Positions 11,702 through 24,129 of a stretch of DNA of 64,000 nt are shown here, piece after piece. The DNA lies in NCBI GenBank assembly GCA_002269645.1, contig NIVC01002785.1:1-64000 (forward strand), written 5' to 3'. The notes under the pieces were generated by a model. The model did no database searches. It saw only the letters and a list, made by a program, of their open reading frames with translations, and was not told where the DNA came from. The stretch is from Macrostomum lignano. Lineage: Eukaryota. The position numbers were made by a program, and so were the translations under genes. Each line of letters begins with the position of its first letter. Position 1 is the first letter of the stretch.

Positions 11702-12361
11702 CACTTTTTAGATCCTTATTATATAATATAGTCCAAACGGAGGCATCTGTCTCTGTTTTTGTTTCAAAAGTGCAATTCTACGTCTGTTGTCCAAGTGCGA
11801 GGAGAGGCGTGTCAGTTCTGCTCATTCCGCGGACTCCTGAGCATGGAGACAGATACGTACGTAGGGCCACACGCGCTCACGCAGGGTATTGTAAATAAAT
11901 CTTTACCATGGACAGCTGAAGTAGGATGGATCATTTGCTATAAGTCGGGTTTTCTCAGAAATTTACCATCGACAAATTCGCTAGGGTAAGAATCAGATTA
12001 CCTCTAGATAGCATACTAAATGCACTAGCGACATCTCCAGCCCATTTCTGAGAAAATTGAGTGTAGTGTTATACTAATTCATGCCCGTGAACTTTACACT
12101 ATAATATTTTAGTAATATTTCCGAATACAAAGTTGGGTTCAAAGTATCTGTCCCTTCTTAATGTCCTTTTTATGTATTTATTTTTTATCAATGCAACCAA
12201 GGCTCTGTCAGTGACTGAGGTTAATATTTTTTTAACTTTCGTCTTAACTCTCCAAGAATTCTTGTTCATTAGAGATAAAAGTACTTTTGTTCTAAATGCA
12301 AACCTTAATCTCTTTCACTTGCTGTCTTTTGTCTTTTTATTTCATTTCAATGAAAGTCTGC

Positions 12362-12890
12362 TAGGAATGAAGGCGCGGAGCTGCTGAGTGTCTGATGGGA
12401 ATGAAGGCGCGGAGCTGCTGGGTGTCTGATGGGAATGAAGGCGCGGAGCTGCTGAGTGTCTGATGGGAATGAAGGCGCGGAGCTGCTGGGTGTCTGATGG
12501 GAATGAAGGCGCGGAGCTGCTGGGTGTCTGATGGGAATGAAGGCGCGGAGCTTCTGGGTGTCTGATGGGAATGAAGACGCGGAGCTGCTGGGTGTCTGAT
12601 GGGAATGAAGGCGCGGAGCTGCAGGGTGTCTGATGGGAATGAAGGCGCGGAGCTGCAGGGTGTCTGATGGGAATGAAGGCGCGGAGCTGCAGGGTGTCTG
12701 ATGGGAATGAAGGCGCGGAGCTGCAGGGTGTCTGATGGGAATGAAGGCGCGGAGCTGCTAGGGAATGAAGACGCGGAGCTGCTGGGTGTCTGATGGGAAT
12801 GAAGACGCGGAGCTGCTGAGTGTCTGATGGGAATGAAGGCGCGGAGCTGCTGGGTGTCTGATGGGAATGAAGACGCGGAGCTGCTGGGTG
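12362..12890. repeat. 34-bp minisatellite (GGGAATGAAGGCGCGGAGCTGCTGGGTGTCTGAT, ~16 units)
   Basis: Direct tandem units visible. Confidence 0.93.
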
Positions 12891-12980
12891 TCTTGGCACC
12901 CCAAGAGCAGATCCTAATTGAATGATGACTCTCAATGCCTGATACGCTAATCAAGAACTCAACACATTGGAAATTTTCAG

Positions 12981-13349
12981 TCACACAGCTCAGACAGCCA
13001 CGGGCCCGCGCTGCCCTACCCACTGGTCTACTACAAGGATCCCTACTTCCGCGTTGTATCCCTGTTGCTAGGCAACGCGGCTGCTTTCGGTTTATCCGTC
13101 TGTCTGTATGCCGGCTCTCGACGAATGCTGGCTAGAGATCGGCTGTTTAGCTGCCTGATCAGCCTGATACCGTATCCGGTTGCCATGGTAACTGGGACTA
13201 AGCTGGCCAGATTTACCTACGCCGTGCACCGGACTCAATCGAGCAGCGACAGCGTGAGATACCCGGCTTGGTCCCGCATCACCGGCTGGCTCGAGCCGGT
13301 TTTCGGCCCGCCGGTTATTTCGTCGGCCGCTCGGCACAAATTCAATTAG
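12981..13349 (+). CDS. Putative terminal exon (123 codons including the stop) with two hydrophobic segments; product unknown
   Basis: TTTTCAG acceptor at 12980 and an open GC-rich frame SHSSDSHGPALPYPLVYYKDPYFRVVSLLLGNAAAFGLSVCLYAG...CLISLIPYPVAMVTG...KFN*. It overlaps two X-box-like motifs, so the call is ambiguous. Confidence 0.35.
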   Translation, partial: SHSSDSHGPALPYPLVYYKDPYFRVVSLLLGNAAAFGLSVCLYAGSRRMLARDRLFSCLISLIPYPVAMVTGTKLARFTYAVHRTQSSSDSVRYPAWSRITGWLEPVFGPPVISSAARHKFN

Positions 13350-13450
13350 CACTTCATAAAGTATCGATGATTGGAATTATGCGTTGAACGTTTCTTTAGC
13401 GGGATGCTGGAATTCACGCCAGCTGGAACTCTCTAGCGATGGGGCGAAAG

Positions 13451-13914
13451 TACAGATACTAAAATAACTAGATTGGCCACTCAGACACATTATACTCGTA
13501 CTTAGCAAAACAGCTGTCTACTTTCAGTTCAGTAGCAAAGAAGAATACACAAGCTATTTTATAAGAATAAGGCAGCTGAGATGACTTTGATAAGTATAGA
13601 AGCCCAAGCTTGCAGACGTAAACAGCTTGCTAATTAGTGCAGCCAAAATGTACATTAGCCACTGAAATGTACAAGGCAGATTTAGGCTGGAACAACCGAA
13701 GAAGGTAATAAAATTGGGTCGCGGGCCGGGGGTAGAGGTTCTATGAGGAGTTTGAGGGTTTAATAGCTTGGGGGGGGGGTAAGAGCCAATAATTAAGCTT
13801 TGTCTTTAAAAATTAATTAAACATTAAAATGCTTCTATTTAACTTACTACTGAATTGAAAGTAGCTGGCACGCAAATGTGCCGAGTGGCCTATCTAGTTA
13901 TTCTAGCATCTGTG
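13451..13914 (+). mobile_element. CACAGA-MITE copy
   Basis: Same TIRs (first base T); flanks GGCGAAAG / GTCGATAG are a 6/8 match. Confidence 0.85.
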
Positions 13915-14329
13915 GTCGATAGTGGACTTTTTTGGACAAGCGATTCTACAAAAAATTCGGACATCTTAGACACCTTTGACACCCATGTCTTAGTCTACTT
14001 TTAATTTACAGTGTGGTGAAGACTATAGGCGCGAAAATTGATGTTGCCATAATTTTGACCGTGATTTGCAGCTTGTCCCCATTTTTACGCATTGACAATT
14101 GGCAAAATACCCACTCCTGTCGACTCGTATAGCCATATGTATAAATATATTGAATAGTTTTGCTTCACTGATGTAGCGACTGAGTGTATTTTTGCCAGTT
14201 AATTTCCTATCGCCGGCTATTCAAATTTAACTTTACGGATAGACTAGTAGGACTATAGGGATGTTTGTATCAGGAGTGCACAAATACTACTTAGGCCTTG
14301 TCGGTGTGTCACCAAGTTGAGAACTTTTA

Positions 14330-14745
14330 GGAGACAGGTTTATATACATAGGAATATACATTCCGAAGATAGACAGGTTTCCCATTTTTTGAAAAAAATT
14401 GTTATTGCTTTTGATAGAAGGGAGACCCAGTGTTCATATTTTGAGATGCCTTGCCTTATAGGTACAACAATAAGATTGTAATGATACAATCGTACTATTT
14501 TATCATTCTGTTACACGTTTTGTTACTCAGTCATTGAGCTAAGGATGATACTCGTAAAATAGACTCATAAAACCAATGATCCGAGTCGTGCCATTTTTAT
14601 GTTTTTTAGGCACAAGACATGTACAATTACATGTAGGATATAAAATTAATAAAGAATCCTAATTTTCTAAACGAAAAGCTTTATGAATATCAATAGAGCT
14701 ATAAGAAAGGCAAGGCTTTGTCTACAAAAGCAACTAAATGCATTT
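14330..14745. repeat. Dispersed repeat shared with 40800-41240 (the latter contains internal inverted repeats, foldback-like)
   Basis: GACCCAGTGTTCATATTTT and AATTTTCT(A/G)AACGAAAAGCTTTATGAAT...AAGAAAGGC occur at both loci. Confidence 0.55.
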
Positions 14746-14843
14746 CGCGCTGCGGCAAGCTGCAGTGAGCTGTACCAGTCACGCAGGTGGGCCGTGTATT
14801 TTTAATTTGCTTTCAATCAGACTGCATCGTTGAAGCTGGGCCT

Positions 14844-15131
14844 CTACAGCTTGATGCAGCTGATGATCTGACTGGCGCTGCTGCCGCACTTGCTGGCCAG
14901 GCAGGCAGCCAGTTCGTTGATGTTGTTGCCATTGGAGACGAAGCAGACCAGCAGGCTGGTCACGATGCAGGTCACGGATGTGATGCCGTTCTGCTGCAAG
15001 CAGATGGTGTCCAATCGGAGCACGGGAACGACCTCGTGAATGATGTCGTTCACGACCTCGTTCTTCTGCTCCGGAGTGTAGGCGGCGGCGGCAAAGGCCA
15101 CGAGAGCGAACAGGCAGAGGAGCTTGTACAT
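14844..15131 (-). CDS. Small secreted six-Cys protein, copy 1 (95 aa, intronless, most divergent)
   Basis: MYKLLCLFALVAFAAAA signal peptide, GCAGCCATG start context, C-x10-C-x7-C-x13-C-x4-C-x9-C; four paralogues in the window. Confidence 0.85.
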   Translation of the reverse strand: MYKLLCLFALVAFAAAAYTPEQKNEVVNDIIHEVVPVLRLDTICLQQNGITSVTCIVTSLLVCFVSNGNNINELAACLASKCGSSASQIISCIKL

Positions 15132-15879
15132 GGCTGCTGAGCTGGGTGCTTTGGTGCTGATGGCACAGGCTTGGGTCCGTCGCTCAGTCAGCCTTTGCCC
15201 CCGAATGCATATTGAAATACTCCTAAATGTCTGAATAAGTCGCAGGTGACGCAGTTTTGATTGACCCCCCCCACTCCACCGCAAATTGTTGGTCCGCCCA
15301 CGGCCTGTCGGGTCAGACCGCTTGGCTGCTAAGTGACGGTGAGACACTGCCAGCTTTTCTACTGACGCCCTTTGTCATGTTTTTTTTTCAAGTCAGCTGT
15401 CAAGATAATGCGGCTCGACTGTCAGCGTTCGCTTGCCGACTGCTAGTCGAATTTAGTAGTCGCATATTTTCTAAGCAGATTTTTCGACACTTTAAGAGCT
15501 TCATTCCGCAATTTGATCACAATGGGATCCATTATGCACAAACATGTAAGGGCGCATTTCTGTGACTACCAAAGTCTAATTATCTATTGTAGTGTGTTGT
15601 GAGCTATTTTGTCTTGAGGATCGGGGTTATCTTTGTCTACTTTTTACACACAAGGTTTTATTGGTCAGGGAGACATAATCCCGTTATTCCAGCGTCTTTA
15701 AGGGGCTTCTAGTGTTTATAGAGTGTTTACATGCTCTTAAATGGTTCAAATATCTCAAAAGATGTACCAGTGTCTTCAAGTGTCATCAGAAAACTGCTAG
15801 TGGCTCTAATTAATTTCCAGCGTCTTTAGACAAGCGCCAGTGTCTAGTAAAATTCCAGTGTCTTTGAACTAGCCCAATG

Positions 15880-16200
15880 TCTTTTGTCTAGCGCCAGTGT
15901 CTCTTGTCTAGCGCCAGTGTCTGTAGACTAGAACCAATATCTCTGGACACGTAGACACGTGCCAGTATCTCTAGACATACGTCAGTGTCTCTAGACTAGC
16001 GCCAGTGTCTCTAGCCTAGCACCAGTGTCTCTAGCCTAGCACCAGTGTCTCTAGCCTAGCACCAGTGTCTCTAGCCTAGCACCAGTGTCTCTAGCCTAGC
16101 ACCAGTGTCTGTAGACTAGCGCCAGTTTCTCTAGACAGGCGCCAATGTCTCTAGCTTAGCGTAGGTATCTCTAGACAAGCGCCGATGTCTGTAGATTAGC
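15880..16200. repeat. 20-bp minisatellite (CTCTAGCCTAGCACCAGTGT)n, degenerate at the edges
   Basis: Direct tandem units visible. Confidence 0.88.
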
Positions 16201-16546
16201 GCTCAGGGACGTCGTCACCAGGGGAGACAGGGGGATATGCCAATGCTTTTTATCCCAGGACCACTAGCAAAAGAGGCTAGTGTTCTGCTATAGCCTCAGA
16301 ACACAGGCTAGCAGAAATCAATAGTGAAATCAAGTGAAACCAAGAGTTTTCCTTCGGGCGACAAAATAAGTTTCGCCCCCCACGCCATAAAAATCCATGG
16401 AGGCACCCCTGCCAGCGCCAGTGTCCCTGAAAATAAGCGGCACTGTGTATATACTGGAATGCCACGGGGTGGGCACCTGGATTCGCTACCTGTCCGAGTA
16501 TACGAGCTGTACAAATGCACAGTGCAAACCATTCACTGCTCTTCAG

Positions 16547-18813
16547 TCCTCAATCAGCGCCACAGCTGCTCATTGGCTGCTTCTGCCGCTGCCTGCGCGG
16601 CGGAGCAGCAGCAGCCGAATCACGATCCGAGTTCGAATCCCGGCGGCGCCGATATCGGCCGTCTTCTGCTAGCCGTGGAGCCGCGCCGCTGTGGCCTGCT
16701 GGCCTTCGCCGAGTCCGGCCGGTCAGTGCTGGCCGAGGCGGCCGCGCCACCAGAAAACCCCGACGAAATGCTGGCGACGGCGCGCGACCTGCTTCAACGC
16801 CCGATGACTCCGGGTGAAGAGGCTGCCGCGCCGGCCGAGGACGTGACGGTGTCTGTTTCGACCGATCGTCTGCGCCATCGGCGCTGGTTGGCCCGCGCCG
16901 GGCGCGAACTCCTGACCGTCGGGCTCGGCTGCATCGAGTCCGTGTCGCCCGACTTTGCCTCGGCCACTCTGATCAGCCCGGAGGGCGTCCGGCTTCGCGT
17001 TGCCGCCGATGTTGGCGACTGTCCCAATTTCTGCCTCGTCGACTCGGAGCTGCCAGTTCCGATCCCCGGCGGCGGTGGCGGCGACGGCAGCCTGCGGCGC
17101 CTGTTCGACCGGTTCGCCGGGGCGTCGCGGTCGCTGCTGCCGCACTGGGAGCTGCTGGAGCGGCTGGACAGCCGGCTGGTCGTGCTTGAGCCGCGGCCGG
17201 CCCAGCGTAGGCGCTCGCTTCACCGACGGGTGCTGCTGGCCGAGTGAGTGGCTTTTGCTGAGCAACTGGCGACTCTAGCTGAGTGTTTTAATCAAATATT
17301 TGCATTTTTGCACTACACAGCTCCGCAGACTTCTTGAGCTTTAGGTAGGTATAAAATTGTTGCAGTTTTGATAGGATCATAATTTTGTTCCTATAGGGGT
17401 TTGATGGTGCCGATTTCAAATCTGAGTTTCGTTTTTTTGTAGCTTAAAACCAACAGCCGGGGCATAGGGAATGGGGAGTTTTAGGGTGGGGAGAATCTTC
17501 ATGGGGATTGATTTTATGTACATAAACTTCAACAGAAGCATGGGAGTCTATTGTAGATTAGGTACATAAATTCGGAGACTGAGGGGGGGGCTTAAATAAA
17601 AAATTCGGCAAGCCATCAAACACCTCCATGAAGAAAAAATGACAATCCTATCAAAACTAATTGACATCAGCAGCTGTAGTTAACTTCAGAATAGAGACAA
17701 GACAGATTAGTAAAAATTAGCATAGATAAACAGTAAAGAATGTACGGCTAGTCGTCACAACAATGAGAGAACGACAGCAAATCAAAAAGCGGGAGGTAAG
17801 GGGCGGGTGGCGAACCCTGAGTCAGCATATTTAAATTAGAATAGACACTATTTTTATCGGAGTTTAAATTTGAACCCTCTAAATGTTTTTATTAGAATAA
17901 TTTCATCAAACTTTGGAAAATATTTACAGTTGAAAGGTATGATTCCAAAAAAACTTCAAATTTCATACACACAATTCTCCGAACCTGCTTATATCAAATT
18001 ATCACTAATTACATAGGAGATTAGCAAATTAAGCTCCTGTTAACTCTGAAGGTAATTTTTGCAGTTTTTTGCTCTAAGACTCTGGCGAAAAAATCGGAAG
18101 TATTTTTATGTACCTAAAGCTCAAGAAGTCCAGGTCCGCTTCCTATCTCCAACATGCAATCGGATTTAGCACAGGCTGTTTTGTCTATGGCACATCCTTT
18201 TGTTGAAGATTGCAACTGCCATCTTCATGAGGTCGGCCCCAGGTGTGCTCAGATACTGAATACCCTAAATAGCCGCCATCGCGCACTAAAACAAAAACTA
18301 CATCATATTGATGCGGAGGCAGCTCCAACTCCCCGCAGCCGCGCCAGCAGCCTGCTGATCAGGCTGGACCCCGACGCCAGCCCGGCTGCCCTGCCATCCG
18401 TCAGTGCCGCAGGTCCGGCTGCCGAGGCCATCGAAGTGGCCGTGACCGCCAACTCCGCCGCCTGGAAGGCAGGCGCGGACGTCGCGGACTTTGTGTCCAA
18501 CCTGAGCGCTCTGCTGGGCGGCTCCGCCTCGCTTGCCGAGCCTTCAGCCGTCGAGACCGAGCAGCCGGTGGCGGGCGATGCTGGCGTTGAGGCCGCTACC
18601 GAGGATGTCGACTGCGGCATCTGCTACGCTGACTGCTCCGCCGATGGTCCCGACTGCGTCACTTGCGAGCGCTGCCGGCGCCGCTACCACCGCAGCTGCG
18701 CAGTGGAGTGGCTGCGCGGCCTGCCGGACACTCGGCAGGGCTTCAACCGACTGCACGGCTGCTGCCCCTACTGCAGGGCGAGGCTGTGCGTGCTGCAGGA
18801 CTGTCAGGATTGA
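16547..18813 (+). CDS. FANCL: E3 ubiquitin ligase FANCL; exons ~16547-17243 and 18339-18813; true start uncertain (possibly ATG 16397); apparent 1-nt frameshift near 16641
   Basis: HWELLERLDSRLVVLEPRP...RRVLLADRASSLLIRLDP aligns with the FANCL DRWD motif, and the RING DCGICYA...C..C...YHRSCAVEWLRGLPDTRQGFNRLHGCCPYC is characteristic of FANCL. The phase-2 GT-AG intron 17244-18338 is consistent. Confidence 0.88.
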
Positions 18814-19110
18814 GCCGCCAGCTGTCATCAATAAGTCAGCCAAGTATCCCGCTTTGCCATTCACTGCAAATCTTGTAGTAAACAAAAAGTGTCGAAGACA
18901 AGCCATGAATTCTATGCATTTGAACCCTGTGTCCGAGTTCGAGTTCCCACTTGCACTTTAAATTCTATCGCGTGCGACAAAATAAAAATATAAAGTCAAT
19001 TAAACAGTGAGTTTTGATAGTTTAATTAATATTTTAGCTGGCGCTTTCAACTGTTCCAGATTGCGCTCAGCAACCGAATTGTATTTCTATGCATTGATAG
19101 AAAACTGCAT

Positions 19111-19398
19111 TTACAGCTTGATGCAGCTGAGAATCTGGATGGCGCTGCCGCCGCACTTGTTGGCCAGGCAGCCGGCCAGCTGGCTGATGTTGGTGCCGTG
19201 GGCGAAGTAGCAGGAGGCCAGGTTGGAGATCAGGCAGTTCACGGAGCTGATGCCGTTCTGCTTCAAGCAGTTGGTGTCGATGCTGAGCACGGGAACGACC
19301 TCGTGAATGATGTCGTTCACGACCTCGTTCTTCTGCTCCGGAGTGTAGGCGGCGGCGGCGAAGGCCACGAGAGCGAACAGACAGACGAGCTTGTACAT
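19111..19398 (-). CDS. Small secreted six-Cys protein, copy 2 (95 aa)
   Basis: Same signal peptide and Cys spacing; protein identical to copy 3. Confidence 0.87.
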   Translation of the reverse strand: MYKLVCLFALVAFAAAAYTPEQKNEVVNDIIHEVVPVLSIDTNCLKQNGISSVNCLISNLASCYFAHGTNISQLAGCLANKCGGSAIQILSCIKL

Positions 19399-19757
19399 GG
19401 CTGCTGAGCTGGGTGCTTTGGTTGCTGGCTTCTTGAGACTGGCTGCTGGGTTGAGTTGCTGATTGGGTCTCGGGCTCGGTCGCTGGGCTCTCATTTATGG
19501 TGCCGCTGGTGGCGCTGCAGGTGACGCGGTCTCGGACTGCCGCACCGCGCGCAATCCGTTAAAGCTGTCAGAACTGTCACAAAGTTTTTAACCGGTTTAT
19601 TTTGTCTGCTGTTTAGTGGTTTCCAATATCTCATCTCTTATCATGCGTTTTGGTATTTGACAGTCTTGTTGCCTGCGCTGCTGTCAGAATATCAGCGCAT
19701 GCTGCTTAATTCACAAATATTTTGCACTGTCGGCGGTTTTCCGAAACCAAGTTTTTA

Positions 19758-21064
19758 GGAGGGGTGTGCAATAAGTTTCTGGATGTGCGAAGTCTGAAAT
19801 AGTTGGAGAGCAACTGACAGTCATTTTTAAGGTACTCTCCAGAAGAATCTATGCACCATTGCATCCTCTCATACCACTTATTGAAGCAGCTGGACCACTA
19901 AACTTGGCACCCCCTTGACATGCTTGATGAAGGCCTCGACTGCAGCTTCCGGCGATGAATAGCGACTGCCATGCATCTTCTGCTCGGTTTGCGGAAACAC
20001 AAAGAACTCGCGCGGGGCCAGGTCTGTGCTGTAGGGTGGATGGCGGAGCTCTTGACTGTGTTCTCCAGCCAGAAATTCGACCACTTACCTGGACTTGTAG
20101 GTGGAGGCGTTGTCGTGATGAAGAAGCACACCCCGAGCTCGAGTCCTTGAACGGCAATTGGAGAGAGCACTCAGCACTTCTGACAGGCAGTAGTTGGTAC
20201 ACCAGTCGCCAATGACTGTGCGCTGCTGCACAAGTGGCACAGTCGCTAGATGAGCAGCTTTCGTCACAAAAACGGCCAACATCTGCTTTGCCACGCTGCG
20301 CTCTCGATGCAGCTTCAATTGTGGGGCGCCTTTAACTGGTGTTCACTGTGCCGACTGCTGCGTGTGGTCTCTGGGTCGAAACTGTAGATCCAGGATTCTT
20401 CACCACTGACGATTTCCCAGATCCAGTTTGAGCGGCCACCATCGAATCTGTCGAGCATGGCATGGCACCAAGCCACCCGAGCCTCCTTTTGCTCCTCCGT
20501 CAGGTGATGAGGCACCCAGCGTGCAGAAATCTTGCTCAGGTTGAGCCTTGAGTGCAGAATCGTGCGGATGGCTGCCGATGAGATGCCCACTTCTGCCTCC
20601 ATCTGGGCCACAGTTACCCTGGCATCATTCTTAGTCATGGCCTGAATAGCAGCACTCATATTCTCATCCCTTGCTGCAGAGGTGGGCCAGCCGCTGCAGT
20701 CTTCATCATCCAGACTCCGTCGGCTATGTCGAAATTCGGCAAACCACTCAAAAACTGGTAGTGGAAGGTACTTTATTACCAAAAACTGCCTAAAGTTCCT
20801 CAAAGCTCTTTTGCTGTCTTAAACCTCTTTTGTAGCCATAGTAAATAATTGCTCTCCAATGGCCTCTGTTGAGCTCCATTGTAAATTATCTGTGTTAGGG
20901 GGGTATGCTAACTTTTGTGTGTGCGCAGCACAGGCTTTATATGGTGAATTTGTCTGAAATTGCACAAATGTAATCACAAGATAATGTACATAATACCTGC
21001 TATGCCAAATTGTAAACATCACCTTCCCAATCTGTGCATCTGGAGTCTTATTGCACACCCCTCG
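19758..21064 (-). mobile_element. Full-length but defective mariner (Tc1/mariner) element, ~1.3 kb
   Basis: TIRs (G/C)GAGGGGTGTGCAATAAG at both ends with TA flanks; transposase motifs WVPHHL, LHHDNAS and HPPYSTDLAP are split over several frames. Confidence 0.92.
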
Positions 21065-22306
21065 TACTATGCGCCTATGAGCCTTGTTGCTGGGTAAACT
21101 GAGCGATTTCTAAGCGGTAAATATTGCACAAAATCGATAAGCATCCTTAAAGTAAAACGTTTGATGAAGTCATCCGTAGCTGAGGATGGTTCTTAGAGTT
21201 GAGAAAGCTTAATCCTAAGTTGCTAAGGCTGAATGTAACTTTGCGTTCGCTAAAACTTTGGTAAGTCAGAGCGGTTTCTTATATTATTTCATAAATTTAA
21301 GACAGGTTGGAACTGTTGTAATTCTTGTTAGCAAAGAGACACCGCCTTTTATGCAGCTACTGTACATGTACATTTATTTCTCAGTGCATGTTGTCGGCGC
21401 TTGTGAATGCAGAATCTAAAAATAATTTCGCAACTTTGTCAAGTAGTTTGGCTATACTTTGGAGACATGCATATGGTAGCATAAAGGACTTAGTTTAAAA
21501 TTTCTAGTGAATCGTTCCAAAGATGTTCCAAAGTTCGTCCACCCCATGTCTGGGAGGGCATCGCAAACCCGAAAAATTACAACTCTAAAAAGTGCTTTCC
21601 ATATCATAAACCGGAAACATCATAACTCCGAATGCTAGCAACGCCTAACGCTATTTTCGTTTTCGGAGCTGTGATATTTCGGGTTTGTGATCTTTCTTCG
21701 GGAAGCATGGTATTTTATCAACCATGTGATGCACGCGGGCAGGTATACGAGCCGTACATGGACTTTAGAGCGCTTCAGACTAGTTGTGATTGGACATGCA
21801 CTGATTTCTTTGCTAGGTAGCCATATACGCCGTGAAATGCCTTGACACGGTCTCTATCTCTGGCCTATGCCACAAGCCTTTAATTGTCAAGCTCGATTAC
21901 AATCGTGTAATCAGGGAGATGTAATCAGTTTTATTATTATTACTATTCTGGCTCGATAAATCAATCAGATTGAACATTTGGAATTTTCTGCAAAATAATT
22001 TTAAAACTATATCTAGATAGTTCTCGCCGCCATCAAGTTACGCGCTGTCAAATTGAACAAATCGGATAATGTGCAAAGCAACGAAAAAGTACATAGCTAC
22101 AAGGAATAACAACACACATAAATCGCCTCATTTGATAGCGCAGCGTGGATGAGCCTGTTATGTTCTTGCGGGAATTATTTCTGCAGCAACAAGCTATAAA
22201 AGTGCTTGGTTCCCTGATTTTTTAAGTTTTTTAGTTTCTCTATCGCGACGGTTGTCACCTTTCTCATGGTGGTTCGTCTTCTGCTTGTAGTTTTCTGCCC
22301 GCAGAC

Positions 22307-22747
22307 CACAGATGCTAAACTAACTGGATGGGCCACTCAACCATAAATACTTAGTAAAACAGCTTTCTACTTTCAGTTCAGTAGCAAAGAAGAATACATA
22401 AGCTATTTATAAAAATAAAGGCAGCTGAAATGACTAATAAGTTTAGAAGCCCAAGCCTGCAGGCGTAAGCAACTTGCTAATTGGTTCAGCAGTAATGTAC
22501 ATTAGCCAGTCTACTGAAATATACATGGCAGCTTTAGGCTGAAATTCCGAGAAAGGCAATAAAAATTGGGGCGGGGCGGGGGGGTTGGTGTCGTGTGGAA
22601 AGGCGCGGTTGGAGGGTTTAAGCTGGTGGGTAAGACCCAATAAACGAGCTTTGGAATTCAAATGCTTCTGTTTAACTTACTACTGAACTGAAAGTAGCTT
22701 ACACGCAAATGTGCTGAGTGGCCCATCCAGTCATTCTAGTATCTGTG
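22307..22747 (+). mobile_element. CACAGA-MITE copy
   Basis: Same TIRs; flanks CCGCAGAC / CCGCAAGC are a 6/8 match. Confidence 0.88.
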
Positions 22748-23375
22748 CCGCAAGCTTACAGTTCTCCGCTATATGCTGCAAGTTGCCCTTCAGATTTATT
22801 CGCTTCAATCAGTCTCGATCGCACAATCGCTTGTATTCCAGGACGACTTAAGAACACAGGACATCTTGGGTGAATATTGACAATTGGGTGAAGAAGACCA
22901 AATGTTAGCGGTGACATGGAATTGCCCTAGGAGAGAATTTTATCAGCAGCATTAATTGCAAGCATTTTCGCCAGCAGTATCTGACAAAGCAATTGTCAAA
23001 GCCTTGTTTTTTGCAATCGTCAGTGATAAAGCGCGTAGGCTAGGACCACTGGAACAATTACGTTACTTTAGTAGTCCTTGAGCACTACTAGTTTATCCAG
23101 GAGCAGTAATAGCAGATCGTGGGTGTTATTGCTGTAGCAGCTGGTTGATAAATCCGAGAACACCAATAAATTAATTTGTTTTAACTAAAGACACCCTTTG
23201 ATCAGACAATTCTTTAACTTATCTGGGGATATAAAGTTTCCAGTTTTCTTAACTTTGTTATCCCAACAAGTCTAAACAAAAAATGCACTCAGAAAAGAAA
23301 TTCAGTTATTAGTAAAGTAAGATCGTTGTTAATATTGTACTTTAAGTTTATTTTATAGCCTCAATACCGAAACAT

Positions 23376-23663
23376 TTACAGCTTGATGCAGCTGAGAATC
23401 TGGATGGCGCTGCCGCCGCACTTGTTGGCCAGGCAGCCGGCCAGCTGGCTGATGTTGGTGCCGTGGGCGAAGTAGCAGGAGGCCAGGTTGGAGATCAGGC
23501 AGTTCACGGAGCTGATGCCGTTCTGCTTCAAGCAGTTGGTGTCGATGCTGAGCACGGGAACGACCTCGTGAATGATGTCGTTCACGACCTCGTTCTTCTG
23601 CTCCGGAGTGTAGGCGGCGGCGGCGAAGGCCACGAGAGCGAACAGACAGACGAGCTTGTACAT
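23376..23663 (-). CDS. Small secreted six-Cys protein, copy 3 (95 aa)
   Basis: Protein identical to copy 2; shared sequence runs from the stop codon to ~190 bp upstream of the ATG. Confidence 0.87.
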   Translation of the reverse strand: MYKLVCLFALVAFAAAAYTPEQKNEVVNDIIHEVVPVLSIDTNCLKQNGISSVNCLISNLASCYFAHGTNISQLAGCLANKCGGSAIQILSCIKL

Positions 23664-24129
23664 GGCTGCTGAGCTGGGTGCTTTGGTTGCTGGCTTCTTG
23701 AGACTGGCTGCTGGGTTGAGTTGCTGATTGGGTCTCGGGCTCGGTCGCTGGGCTCTCATTTATGGTGCCGCTGGTGGCGCTGCAGGTGACGCGGTCTCGG
23801 ACTGCAGCACCGCGCGCAATCCGTTAAAGCTGTCAGAACTGTCACAGAAGGCTCTGCAAGTAGCGTTTCCTTCCCTTATCTGTGCGTATGAGCGTAGTAT
23901 AGAGCTAATTTACTAATCCTCCTTCCTAATTAGCATAATTAGCTTCCTAATACTTCCTAATTAGCATACTCATGCGGCGGAACAACAGTCTGTGGGACAC
24001 TGTCGTGACACGGCCGCGCCACAGCCTGTCAGACCTGTCACCAGCGATATGGGCCAGTTTGGCCAACTAAGGTTTTCCACTAATTTCACGGCCAGGGCGC
24101 GTAAAATCAGCATACGTAGGTCAGCATCA

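Noticed and set aside
18154-18338. Upstream part of the 219-aa ORF as a FANCL or independent N-terminus
   Set aside because: It lies inside the FANCL intron; homology resumes only at the CCCCGCAG acceptor (18338).
19399-19494. N-terminal extension MRAQRPSPRP... of the six-Cys proteins (127-aa ORF calls)
   Set aside because: That ATG overlaps the TATA-like CATAAAT and is missing in copies 1 and 5. The conserved GCAGCCATG start is followed directly by the signal peptide.
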